Shown here: one piece after another, positions 9,870-19,175 of the stretch
How positions within the stretch are numbered: the first letter of the stretch is position 1
Layout: every line of letters begins with the position of its first letter
Origin: a virus
Taxonomy: Duplodnaviria > Caudoviricetes
Length of the DNA stretch: 64,000 nucleotides
Virus record (IMG/VR): IMGVR_UViG_3300037067_011000
Span: 1-64,000 of that record
Direction: 5' to 3' (one strand)
Notes under the pieces: model-generated
The model's database searches: none
Seen by the model: only the letters and a program-made list of their open reading frames with translations
Told to the model about the DNA's origin: nothing
Made by a program: the position numbers and the translations under genes

Positions 9870-10713
9870 ATGATAATTCAAAAAGGCTTAGTCACAGATG
9901 TTGAATTTTCTAAAACAAAAGAAAATGGAATTGTGTCTGTTGGGGTTGACCCTAAAACATCTTTACTTTTACAACCGTTAACTGGATTTAGAACTGTAGG
10001 AATGTCTTTAGAAAATGATTTAAACATGATTGAAGACCTCCCAGCGGTAAGACTCAATTTCTATAATAAAGAAAGTGTAGATGTTGTTATTGCTGCTCTT
10101 GAACATATTAAAAAGAATATAGAAAATCCGTATAATCAATATACTTCTGCTTGTTAAATTAACTAAATCTTTAAAATTATGACAACACTAATTATTGGAA
10201 TTATCCTTTTTTTAATTTCTGCCTTCTTTTATTTTTTTGTATTACTATCAGAAAAGGATGGTATGAAAATTATTAAAATTATGTTAATGTATTTTTGTGG
10301 TATAATGGGTGTAATACTCATTGTTGAGTTCTCTTATAAATCACCGAAACATTCAAAAGAGTACTCTTTAAAAACAGAAATTAAACAAGAATTTATAAAT
10401 GGAAATCTTATAAGTACAGATACAATTTATTATTTTACACCTAAAAAGAAATAAAATGAAAAACACACCTTATGTAAAAGAGTATGACAATATGGGAAAT
10501 GTTAAAAATCCCATACCCACAGGGTATTTTCACAACTTCCCAAATAGAAAAGAAAGAAGGGAACCTTTATACAAACCTCCTTTTTTTGGATGCGGTAAAA
10601 ATGAACCTTTAACAGTAATTGGAATATACAAATATTTACGTTACAGACAAGTATTACTTGATACAAAAACGAAAATATTAAAAACAATAGAACACTACCT
10701 TCCTATTAAATAA
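9870..10713 (+). other. Three small hypothetical ORFs (9870-10157, 10179-10454 with N-terminal TM segments, 10456-10713)
   Basis: Adjacent same-strand ORFs with typical start context. Confidence 0.55.
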
Positions 10714-10891
10714 ATTAAAACCGTAAGAAAATGATTACAAAAACAGAACATAGAAAAAGAAGTTATAGCATAAGTGGGCCTTCTACATATGATAAGAAAA
10801 AACATATTGAAGATCATTTAATAATCACCTACTGGTTTTTATTTATCCCTATATTTCAATACAAAAAACTTATTGGGACTAATTTATAACC

Positions 10892-11815
10892 ATGAATATC
10901 ATACAGCTTTATCAGGATTTTGGAATACCTTATCAAACAGAGGGGCACAAACACTGCCGTCCTGGATGGGTAAATATTGAATGCCCTCTTTGCATTGGTG
11001 AACATGAAGGATTACACCTTGGTTTTAATTTAGAAGGTAACTATTATTCCTGTTACAGATGTGGTGGAAATTCCATTTATAAAGTCCTTTCTGCCCTTCT
11101 CAAAATAAATAACTACGAAGAACTTAAAGCTATCATCAAACGATATGATACTGTAACACTCAAAAAAGAACCAATTGTCAAAATACGAGCAAAAGCATTC
11201 AGACTACCTTCCAACTGTGAACCTTTGCAAGCAAATCACAGGCATTATCTGGAAAAACGTAACTTTGATCCTGATTATCTTGAAAAGACTTGGGGACTTC
11301 TTGGAACCGGTGTTTACAGCAAACTTTCAACAGGAGATGGAGGAAAAGAACATTTAGTTGATTACAAATTCAGAATTGTTATTCCTTTCATTTGGGAAGG
11401 TAAGCAAGTCAGTTTTGACAGTAGGGATATTACAGGAAAAGATCCTGGAAGATACAGGACTTGCCCAAAGGACAGGGAATTAATACCACACAAAAGTATA
11501 TTGTATGGAAAACAAGAAAAGTGGAAAGAAACAGCAATTTGTGTCGAAGGACCCACTGATGTATGGAGATTGGGCACGAATGCCTTTGCCGTCTCAGGGA
11601 TTAAATACACACCAAAACAAGTTAGATGTATTGCAAGCAGTTTCAAACGTGTTGCCGTCTGTTTTGATGATGACCCACAAGCAAAAGTGCAAGCTTCTAA
11701 AATTGTGGCTGAATTGAAATTTAGAGGTGTAGATGCTTTCAGGGTTGATATTGAAGATGATCCTGGAAGTATGAAACAGGAAGATGCTGATTATTTAGTT
11801 AAACAACTATTATGA
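10892..11815 (+). CDS. DNA primase (zinc finger plus Toprim)
   Basis: ECPLC...YSCYRCG zinc finger; ICVEGPTDVW and VCFDDDPQA Toprim acidic motifs. Confidence 0.88.
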   Translation: MNIIQLYQDFGIPYQTEGHKHCRPGWVNIECPLCIGEHEGLHLGFNLEGNYYSCYRCGGNSIYKVLSALLKINNYEELKAIIKRYDTVTLKKEPIVKIRAKAFRLPSNCEPLQANHRHYLEKRNFDPDYLEKTWGLLGTGVYSKLSTGDGGKEHLVDYKFRIVIPFIWEGKQVSFDSRDITGKDPGRYRTCPKDRELIPHKSILYGKQEKWKETAICVEGPTDVWRLGTNAFAVSGIKYTPKQVRCIASSFKRVAVCFDDDPQAKVQASKIVAELKFRGVDAFRVDIEDDPGSMKQEDADYLVKQLL

Positions 11816-12970
11816 CAGAAATTTTATCTATTCCTGCAAATCATGAAGGGGACAAATTATTTATAAAACATTTTCATACAATGAATAAGAGAATGTTTTG
11901 TAGTTATAAAAGTACTTATAATGATATGCCATTTCAAGAAACAGAATTATTCTTTGCAGATAATAATAAAAATGTAGTTATCTGTGGAGAAGATGGTACA
12001 GTTCTTTGGAGAATACCCTATAAACTATTAATACATTAAAATTATGAAAACAAAATTTATTTTTGTTGTTTTTATGTCTTTTTTTATTCTGTTTTTTATA
12101 ATAGGAATAATACAACACCATTATGCAGGTATATGGGTTTCTTGGAAATTTGTTCTTTTATATGCTTTAATAGCATCTTCAATTCTTACTTTTGCTTATT
12201 TTATTATGAATCAAATTATAAAGAAATGAAAATAAAATTTGTAAAAATCAGTTCAGACTTCTTTAAGATTTCTGAAAAAGGAAAAACATTTAAAGGATAC
12301 ACTTTAAATGAAAGAAATCTTGACTCAAGCCAATGGTGTTTATATCTTGAAACAATATATATGACAGGAAATAGATACCAAACTTTAGTAGAATTGTTTT
12401 CCCCAAAAGGATTTGTAACAACTGTCCCAATGAAAGAAATAAGACTTTTAAAACTGAAGAAATGAGTCACTCTTGGCAAAAATCAGATGGGTTTCGTACA
12501 GATGTTTGTGTTCATTGTGGGTTGATAAGATATTGGGATGATAGTTTTAAAAAACTGATGTACAAAACCAAATGGAGAATCTGGTACTTTGGTATGCCTT
12601 CTTGTAAAAGCACTTACACTTGTGATAAAATAGAAAAACCGGAAAAAGAAACAATAAATTTTCTTAAACATAAAAACTTTATAGCATGAAATGGATTCTT
12701 TACATTACAATTATTTCCTTTATTGGGTTTGTCTTTTCACTTGTAAAAGCAAGAAAGGATGCCCAAAAGGAACCTGAAAATGGAACAACTATTGTTTATC
12801 CTGATGAAGAAATGTTTCAGGAAAATGATATTGATGAGTTTTCACCTGATAGTATGATTTCCGATCAGACTATAAAAGATGTTTCTTTAAAGTACAAACT
12901 TAAAAAAATTGAGGAAGAAGAAACAAAAATTGACTCTTTTGATTTTGATAATCGTGAAGATGGAAAGTAG
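11812..12970 (+). other. Run of small hypothetical ORFs (11812-12039, 12044-12229 membrane, 12226-12465, 12462-12689, 12686-12970 membrane-anchored acidic)
   Basis: ATGA-overlapping chain of short ORFs. Confidence 0.55.
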
Positions 12971-13017
12971 AATAGGTGGTGGGTTGAGAAGGGTGAAAGA
13001 AGAAATATTGGAAAATG

Positions 13018-13049
13018 TTTGTTTATTAAATTTATTAGTTGTTACTTTG
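13018..13049 (+). promoter_or_regulatory. Bacteroidota-type promoter candidate
   Basis: TTTG (13018-21), a 20-nt spacer, then TTACTTTG (13042-49), a one-mismatch variant of TAnnTTTG. Confidence 0.45.
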
Positions 13050-13065
13050 TAGGGGTATTTAAAAA

Positions 13066-13201
13066 CCAGAGCGAATATGAGATTGCAAATTAACGTCTTT
13101 TTATATACTGCCTTCACAGGCATAGATTATCCACAAAGGTTGTACAGGTCGCTCTGGATTCCCAAGTGGATTTTTTATTAACCTGTGAGGGCTTTTATTT
13201 T
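13066..13201 (+). promoter_or_regulatory. Structured leader/attenuator-like element 1
   Basis: CCAGAGCGA/TCGCTCTGG (13066-74/13149-57) crosses GCCTTCACAGG/CCTGTGAGGGC (13110-20/13182-92), which is followed by a T-rich tail. Confidence 0.55.
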
Positions 13202-13207
13202 ATAGAT

Positions 13208-13843
13208 ATGGAAAATGAAGGGTTTTTTATTATGTCAAAAGAGATGAGGATTGAATTAGAAAATTCTAAAAATAATTACATTACTTCATTAAATAAAAAA
13301 TACAGTTCAATGGGGTATACAAAAATTAAATCATCACATTTTGAAAAAGTTTGGAAGATGTGTCCTTTTGAACTTTCTAAATATGATAACAAAGAAAAAG
13401 CTCAAAAAGCATGGGATATATTGTGTGTTGAAAATATTACACCAACATTAGAAGTAATAGAGGCTCTTTTAAATGAAGTTAAATATCTTATTCAAACCAA
13501 AATAGAACTTGCAGAATTGCATTTTAGTGCAATTATTGATAATACATCTCTTATTGAGCACATAACAACAAGATATTTAATATGTAAATTAAACAATAAA
13601 AATGCTTTTCTTACTTATAAAGAACAGTTACAACATCCTTTGTGGCAAAAGAAAAGATTAGAAATAATGCAAAGGGATAATTTTAGTTGTAGACAATGTG
13701 GGGATAACCAAAATGTTTTAAATGTGCACCATAAAAAATATATTTCAGGAAATAAACCTTGGGAATATCCTGATGAGGATTTAATAACTCTTTGTGAAAC
13801 CTGCCATTCTAATCTTGAACTTAATAAAAAAAAGAATGGCTAA
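13208..13843 (+). CDS. HNH endonuclease (C-terminal domain)
   Basis: PLWQKKRLEIMQRDNFSCRQCG...LNVHHKKY...DLITLCETCH. The start is uncertain (GTG 13166, ATG 13208 or ATG 13232). Confidence 0.85.
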   Translation: MENEGFFIMSKEMRIELENSKNNYITSLNKKYSSMGYTKIKSSHFEKVWKMCPFELSKYDNKEKAQKAWDILCVENITPTLEVIEALLNEVKYLIQTKIELAELHFSAIIDNTSLIEHITTRYLICKLNNKNAFLTYKEQLQHPLWQKKRLEIMQRDNFSCRQCGDNQNVLNVHHKKYISGNKPWEYPDEDLITLCETCHSNLELNKKKNG

Positions 13844-14630
13844 AGATCCTGCATTTTTATTCTATACAAATGACTTCTATACAGGTACTATTTTCATGTC
13901 AGATGAACAGGTAGGAATGTATGTTCGTTTACTCTGTTTACAACATCAAAAAGGACATTTAGAAGAAAAACATATGTTAAACATATGTAAAACATATGAT
14001 AAAGATGTGTTTTCTAAGTTCATTCAGGATAATGAAGGAAAGTATTTTAATGAACGTCTTGAAATAGAAATAGATAAACGTAATAAATATTGTGAAAATA
14101 GAGGAAAAAACAGGAAAAAGAAAAAATCATATGATACAACATATGAAAATCATAGTGAAGATGAAGATATAGATAATTTTTTAAAGGGGGTACAGGGGGA
14201 AGAAACCTCCCAAGAAAAAAACGGTTTTATAACACCAAAATTGTTTGAAGACTTCTGGGAACTATACCCAAAGAAAACAGATAAAGGAAAGGCTCTTTCA
14301 AAATGGAATCAAATTTGTTCAAGAAAAGAAAATCGTCCTGTGTGGAAAGAATTAAGAAAAGCTATACATGATCAAAAAAAATCAGATCGTTGGCAGAACA
14401 AAAAATTTATACCTGTACCAACAACTTGGTTAAATCAAAGTCGGTGGTTAGATGATCCAAAAGAAATGGTATCTTATAATTTTGATGAAGATAAGCAAAC
14501 TTTTTCATGTCCTGAAAATTGGGTTTTTGGTGTAGATTATGCAGAAGGTAAACAGGGTTGTAGAGATTGTGAAGAATTTCATTCAAATATTTGTAATGCT
14601 TGTATAAGTAAATTTCAACTTAAAAAATAA
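13836..14630 (+). CDS. Phage replication initiator (DUF1376/YdaU-like N-terminus)
   Basis: MAKDPAFLFYTNDF...QVGMYVRLLCLQHQKG; C-terminal FEDFWELYPKK...FIPVPTTWLNQSRW. Start taken as the ATG at 13836. Confidence 0.78.
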   Translation: MAKDPAFLFYTNDFYTGTIFMSDEQVGMYVRLLCLQHQKGHLEEKHMLNICKTYDKDVFSKFIQDNEGKYFNERLEIEIDKRNKYCENRGKNRKKKKSYDTTYENHSEDEDIDNFLKGVQGEETSQEKNGFITPKLFEDFWELYPKKTDKGKALSKWNQICSRKENRPVWKELRKAIHDQKKSDRWQNKKFIPVPTTWLNQSRWLDDPKEMVSYNFDEDKQTFSCPENWVFGVDYAEGKQGCRDCEEFHSNICNACISKFQLKK

Positions 14631-14633
14631 AAT

Positions 14634-15923
14634 ATGGCTATAAAATACTCAGAAGATCATGGACACCCAAATACTTTTGTTGAAAGAAAAATAACACTTG
14701 GTTTATTAACCTCCACAGAGTTTTGTGATAAAGTTGCAAAAATTTGGGATATTGGTTTGATTGAATCCTCCACAGATAAAATGATTTTGTCTTGGGGTTG
14801 GGAATATTATTTGAAATTTAAAAAAGCTCCAGGAAATACTATTGCAGATATTTATTACTCCAAACTTAAAGAAACAAAAATTAACCCTGATATTGCAAAT
14901 GAGATTGAAGAAGTTCTTCTTCCAAATTTATATACTGATTTTAAACAGGATAATTATAATTTAGAATATCTTGTTGAAGAAACAGAAAAATACTTCAATG
15001 ACAGAGGACTTCAAATTTTCCACGAAAGCGTGGAAGCCTTGAGAAAAGCAAATAAACATGAAGAAGCAGAAAAACTTATCAGGGAATACAAACCCCCAAG
15101 TAAAATAGGGAAACTTGCAAAATATATTTCAACTGTAGCAAAACTTAAAAAAGATGAAACACCCACACCAACAACAATTATGCACCCTTGGCTTAAAGAA
15201 GGACAGATAACAATCATCTATGCAAACTATGGTGTGGGGAAGTCCCTGCTTTCAATTCTCGTGGGATATATGTGTGGGTTGAAAGAGTTTGATACCAGTG
15301 ACTGTGAAATAGGAGAATGGTTTGTTAAAACACCAACAGGGTGTTTATATGTTGATGGGGAACTTGGAGAAAAAGAAATGGTAGAACGTATAAAGCAGTA
15401 TGAGTGGCTTGGTATTCAGCATAGGGATCACAAAATGCAAATACTTTCAATCCCTGATTATCAAATCAAAACAGAAGATGTGTTTTATCTTGGTAATAGG
15501 AAAAATCAACTTGAAATTGTGTCTTGGTTAAAAGATCACCCAACTTACAAACTCATAATTCTTGACAGTGTGAGTACCTTGTTTGGATTAGCAAATGAAA
15601 ATGATAACAGTGAGTGGGGATATAAAGTAAACCCATTCTTGAGGGATCTTAGGGCACTAAACGTGGCTTGTTTGCTTTTACACCATTCAGGGAAAAGTTC
15701 AAAGACAGGGTTGAGGGGTGCTTCTGCAATGGGGGCAATGGCACAGAACATATTTAAACTTGATTCCCATAAGAAATGTGATGTGGACAATGGTGAGGCT
15801 TGGTTCGTTTTGAAGAAAGATAAACAGAGAAGTGGAGGTAAACAATTTAAAACTTTTTCTATTCACTTCTTCCAAAATGAGGAAAAAACAAAAACTAATT
15901 GGAAAATAACTGAAAACTACTAA
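14634..15923 (+). CDS. Replicative helicase, RecA-like AAA_25/SF4 type
   Basis: Walker A YANYGVGKS, YVDGEL, Walker B LIILDSVSTL, LLHHSGK. Confidence 0.82.
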   Translation: MAIKYSEDHGHPNTFVERKITLGLLTSTEFCDKVAKIWDIGLIESSTDKMILSWGWEYYLKFKKAPGNTIADIYYSKLKETKINPDIANEIEEVLLPNLYTDFKQDNYNLEYLVEETEKYFNDRGLQIFHESVEALRKANKHEEAEKLIREYKPPSKIGKLAKYISTVAKLKKDETPTPTTIMHPWLKEGQITIIYANYGVGKSLLSILVGYMCGLKEFDTSDCEIGEWFVKTPTGCLYVDGELGEKEMVERIKQYEWLGIQHRDHKMQILSIPDYQIKTEDVFYLGNRKNQLEIVSWLKDHPTYKLIILDSVSTLFGLANENDNSEWGYKVNPFLRDLRALNVACLLLHHSGKSSKTGLRGASAMGAMAQNIFKLDSHKKCDVDNGEAWFVLKKDKQRSGGKQFKTFSIHFFQNEEKTKTNWKITENY

Positions 15924-15944
15924 AAATAGATTCAAAAATTTTAA

Positions 15945-15972
15945 ATAAAGTCAAATTAAATTTGTATAATGT
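15945..15972 (+). promoter_or_regulatory. Conserved 28-bp promoter-like motif, copy 2
   Basis: ATAAAGTCAAATTAAATTTGTATAATGT, 18 nt upstream of the ParB-like ATG. Confidence 0.6.
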
Positions 15973-15990
15973 CTAAAATGAAGTAAAATT

Positions 15991-17280
15991 ATGAAAATTA
16001 CAAAAGATGATTTATTCGTAGCAGCAAGGGAAATGATAGATGTCATGGAGTTAGTAAACAACCAGACTGACAAAATTCCTATTCAACTTGAAGACACAAA
16101 GACAGAAGATGAACTGAAATCTTTCATCCTCACAGCAGCAAAGGACAGGTATGATTCTGATAAGTTCACCGAACTCACAGAGGATATTATCAAGGAACTT
16201 GCAGACAATCCTGCACCAACAGGGGATACTCTTGCAGATGACATTGCACAGGCTGATACCCTGAAAGAACTCAGGAACATTGCCAAGGCAGAAGATGCTT
16301 TCAAGTCCATAAGGGGAAACCTGATGTCCTACAAAGAAGTTGAATTTCTCAAAAATGACATGTTGGAGATTTTAAGTGATACTCCCAACACTGACAAGAT
16401 TGTGGAGGAAAAAATCGTTGTAAATGCCCTTCCCGAAGCACAAGGGGCATCCAAAACCAAAAGTGACACTCTCATATCAAAAATGATGAAAGTGTCAGAA
16501 ATCATCACAAAAGAGCCTTTTAGTGGGTTATTTAAAATTGACCCACTTACAAGAGAAAAAATCAAATCTGACATGGAAGAAAATGGATTTGACAGGGCTT
16601 TTCCAGTAATTCTTTGGGGAAATGTGTTGATAGATGGCAATACAAGACTTCTCGTTGCACGAGAACTTGAAATTGAAGAAGTGCCTGTTGAAGTGAAAGA
16701 GTTCTTTGATCAGCAAGAGGCTTTGGAGTATGCTATTCATGCACAGAGGGACAGGAGAAATATTACTGATAGTGAGATACTATCTTGTATTGAGGTATTG
16801 GATGAGAAGATGTCAAGGAAAGAAGCAGGAGCAAAAGGTGGGAACAAAGAAAAGAAAGAGGAACCAAGTCATGTGAAAACTGCAAAGACTTTGAAAGTTA
16901 CCAAGACAAAAGTGAGTGATGCAAGGGCAGTACTGACTGATGCAGTGGCTACGGAAGAAGTGAAGTCGGGCAAGAAGACAATTTCAAAAGCTGCAAAAGA
17001 GGTAAGGGAAAAGAAAAAACCTGTAAAAGAGGTTAAGGAAATAAAGAAAACAAGGTTGGAAGCTGTGGCAGAGGTGGCAAAAGGTTTTATGAGTGCAAGT
17101 ACTACAATGCAGGAATTGATTGAGGAATCTGATATTCTCTTTGAAGATTGGGGAGGAAAAACTGATATGAAAGAAATGGAAAAGGTTGTTATGAACACTC
17201 TTGATGTGCTCAAAGCCTTTGGTCTTGTTGTATTTTTAGGGGAAGATGAAATTTCGGTAAAAGGAGTTTTAATAATATAA
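15991..17280 (+). CDS. ParB N-terminal-domain protein
   Basis: IKSDMEENGFDRAFPVILWGNVLIDGNTRLLVARELEIEEVPV, then HAQRDRRN and an HTH-like segment. Confidence 0.8.
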   Translation: MKITKDDLFVAAREMIDVMELVNNQTDKIPIQLEDTKTEDELKSFILTAAKDRYDSDKFTELTEDIIKELADNPAPTGDTLADDIAQADTLKELRNIAKAEDAFKSIRGNLMSYKEVEFLKNDMLEILSDTPNTDKIVEEKIVVNALPEAQGASKTKSDTLISKMMKVSEIITKEPFSGLFKIDPLTREKIKSDMEENGFDRAFPVILWGNVLIDGNTRLLVARELEIEEVPVEVKEFFDQQEALEYAIHAQRDRRNITDSEILSCIEVLDEKMSRKEAGAKGGNKEKKEEPSHVKTAKTLKVTKTKVSDARAVLTDAVATEEVKSGKKTISKAAKEVREKKKPVKEVKEIKKTRLEAVAEVAKGFMSASTTMQELIEESDILFEDWGGKTDMKEMEKVVMNTLDVLKAFGLVVFLGEDEISVKGVLII

Positions 17281-17296
17281 ATTTAAAAATTAAAAA

Positions 17297-17620
17297 ATGA
17301 ATCCAAAAATTAATGAGATTGTTATTGATGGTGTAACCTATGTTCCTAAAAATTCAGTAAAAGAATATGATGGGGATATTAAAATTGTAATCCTCCAAAG
17401 AGGGTGGGTGTATGTTGGTCGTTTTGAAAGAAATGGAACTGATTGTAAACTCCACAATGCTTCTTGTATTCGGGTTTGGGGGACTACAAAAGGGCTTCAA
17501 GAACTGGTGAATGGTGTTACAAGTTCTACAAAACTCGATAAATGTGATGGTGTTGTGGAATTTGATTGGCTTACGGTTGTACATACTATAACTGTAAATA
17601 AATCCAAATGGCTTCTGTAA
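17297..17620 (+). CDS. Conserved phage protein (DUF6948-like, from recall)
   Basis: IVILQRGWVYVG...LHNASCIRVWGTTKGL; directly followed by a Gly-X repeat ORF. Confidence 0.6.
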   Translation: MNPKINEIVIDGVTYVPKNSVKEYDGDIKIVILQRGWVYVGRFERNGTDCKLHNASCIRVWGTTKGLQELVNGVTSSTKLDKCDGVVEFDWLTVVHTITVNKSKWLL

Positions 17621-17919
17621 GGATTGCTATGAATTTTGAGGATACTCAAAATTTATACGGGAACGGGTACGGGAACGGGTACGGGAACGGGGACGGGTAC
17701 GGGTACGGGAACGGGTATGGGAACGGGTATGGGAACGGGTACGGGAACGGGGATGGGGACGGGTACGGGGACGGGTACGGGGACGGGTATGGGAACGGGA
17801 ATGGGAACGGGAACGGGAACGGGAACGGGTACAGGAACGGGAACGGGTACGGGAACGGGTACGGGAACGGGTACGGGTACGGGAACGGGTACGGGAACGG
17901 GTACGGGTACGGGTATTAA
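17608..17919 (+). CDS. Glycine-rich (G-N/Y/D)43 repeat protein
   Basis: 17-aa unique head followed by 43 Gly-X dipeptides (one Arg). The overlapping frame 17636-17935 is also open as (GT/GM)n. Confidence 0.5.
   Translation: MASVRIAMNFEDTQNLYGNGYGNGYGNGDGYGYGNGYGNGYGNGYGNGDGDGYGDGYGDGYGNGNGNGNGNGNGYRNGNGYGNGYGNGYGYGNGYGNGYGYGY
17659..17916 (+). repeat. 43 x 6-bp GGGNNN tandem repeat
   Basis: Units are GGGAAC, GGGTAC, GGGGAC, GGGTAT and minor variants; strongly GC-rich relative to the flanks. Confidence 0.95.
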
Positions 17920-17947
17920 AATTTTTAAAAAATAATTACAAAAGTTC

Positions 17948-17976
17948 TTTGATATTAAAATAATTGTTTATCTTTG
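17948..17976 (+). promoter_or_regulatory. Bacteroidota-type promoter candidate
   Basis: TTTG (17948-51) and TATCTTTG (17969-76), a perfect TAnnTTTG; the 17-nt spacer is shorter than consensus. Confidence 0.55.
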
Positions 17977-17979
17977 TGG

Positions 17980-18110
17980 CTGGATTATATGCTCAGTATG
18001 GCTACAAAAACACAATTTATTGATATACCATTATGGTTAGGGAGTAAGGTACTTTCCCACCTAACAGTGAGCAGTAATCCAGACTTACTCCCCCCATAAT
18101 GTGTTTTTTT
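17980..18110 (+). promoter_or_regulatory. Structured leader/attenuator-like element 2
   Basis: CTGGATTA..TGCTCA pairs with TGAGCA.TAATCCAG, crossing CATTATGG..GGGAGTAAG / CTTACTCCC.CCATAATG, which is followed by TGTTTTTTT. Confidence 0.6.
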
Positions 18111-18534
18111 ACGTTGGTAAGTCAAAGCCAAATATCAAAAGACACTCCCGAACAAAGGATGCTTCTAAGCTAAAAAACTTAATTTTAACGAAAACTAACG
18201 ATGATGGGCACACTGCAAGACAGAAAATTCTGTAAAATCCCTCACTTTTTTGGGGGTAGGGGGCACTTGCAGGAGCCCTGAATTGAAGATTTGAGTTCTG
18301 AAATTTGCGTTAGCAACTGAAAATAAGATTCTGCGTTAGCAGATGTTTTACTGGTTCAAATTTATGGGTACTGTACCTAAAAGTGTAGAAAATGGAACAA
18401 ATATTATACATGATTCAAGAAATAGAAAATATGGAGGATTTTATTAAAATATCTTCCATAGATTTTAAAATAGATAAACAAGTAACTAATGAATTGTTGA
18501 GATTATTACAAAATATAAAAGAAATTGGTTTAAA

Positions 18535-19173
18535 ATGAGAGTACTAAACCTTTATAGTGGCTTAGGGGGGAATAGAAAACTTTGGGAAAGTGTTGAAGTA
18601 ACTGCTATTGAAAACAATCCTGAAATAGCTAAATTCTACCAAGAACACTTTCCCAAAGATATAATGATAATTACAGATGCTCATGATTATCTACTAAATC
18701 ATTATTTTGAATATGACTTTATTTGGAGTTCTATAAATTGTCCTTCACATAGTCGTGCCAGGTTTTGGGGGAGTAAACCAAATGGAAAAATAAAACCGGT
18801 ATTTCCAGATATGAAACTTTATGAGGAAATTATATTTTTAGAACACTATTTTGAAGGTTTGTGGGTAGTGGAAAATGTTGTACCATATTACACACCTTTA
18901 ATTGTACCTTCTGTAAAACTTGGGAGACATTTATTCTGGTCTAATTACACTATCCAACAACAAAAATTTGAGGATGCAGATATAAATAGAGGGAATAAAG
19001 AAGAATGGCAGAATTTACATGGTTTTGATATAACAGGATATAAATTTACTTCCAGAAGGGATAAGATACTTCGTAATTGTGTAAATCCTCAACTTGGGTT
19101 GCATATTTTAAATTGTGCTTTAGGTAAACAAACAGAAATTTTAAATCGTCCAGAAACATTTTTTAATTTATAA
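18535..19173 (+). CDS. C5 cytosine DNA methyltransferase-like protein
   Basis: VLNLYSGLGG (motif I), FIWSSINCPSHS (motif IV variant), VVENV (motif VI), LRNCVNP (motif X). Confidence 0.78.
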   Translation: MRVLNLYSGLGGNRKLWESVEVTAIENNPEIAKFYQEHFPKDIMIITDAHDYLLNHYFEYDFIWSSINCPSHSRARFWGSKPNGKIKPVFPDMKLYEEIIFLEHYFEGLWVVENVVPYYTPLIVPSVKLGRHLFWSNYTIQQQKFEDADINRGNKEEWQNLHGFDITGYKFTSRRDKILRNCVNPQLGLHILNCALGKQTEILNRPETFFNL

Positions 19174-19175
19174 CT

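Noticed and set aside
13127-13135. Perfect DnaA box as evidence of an origin
   Set aside because: It is a single copy, expected by chance at this composition, and no cluster of boxes was seen.
18111-18390. Non-coding stretch with GGGGGTAGGGGG and a twice-repeated GCGTTAGCA
   Set aside because: The repeats are too short and no coherent structure or ORF could be supported; tRNA features are absent.
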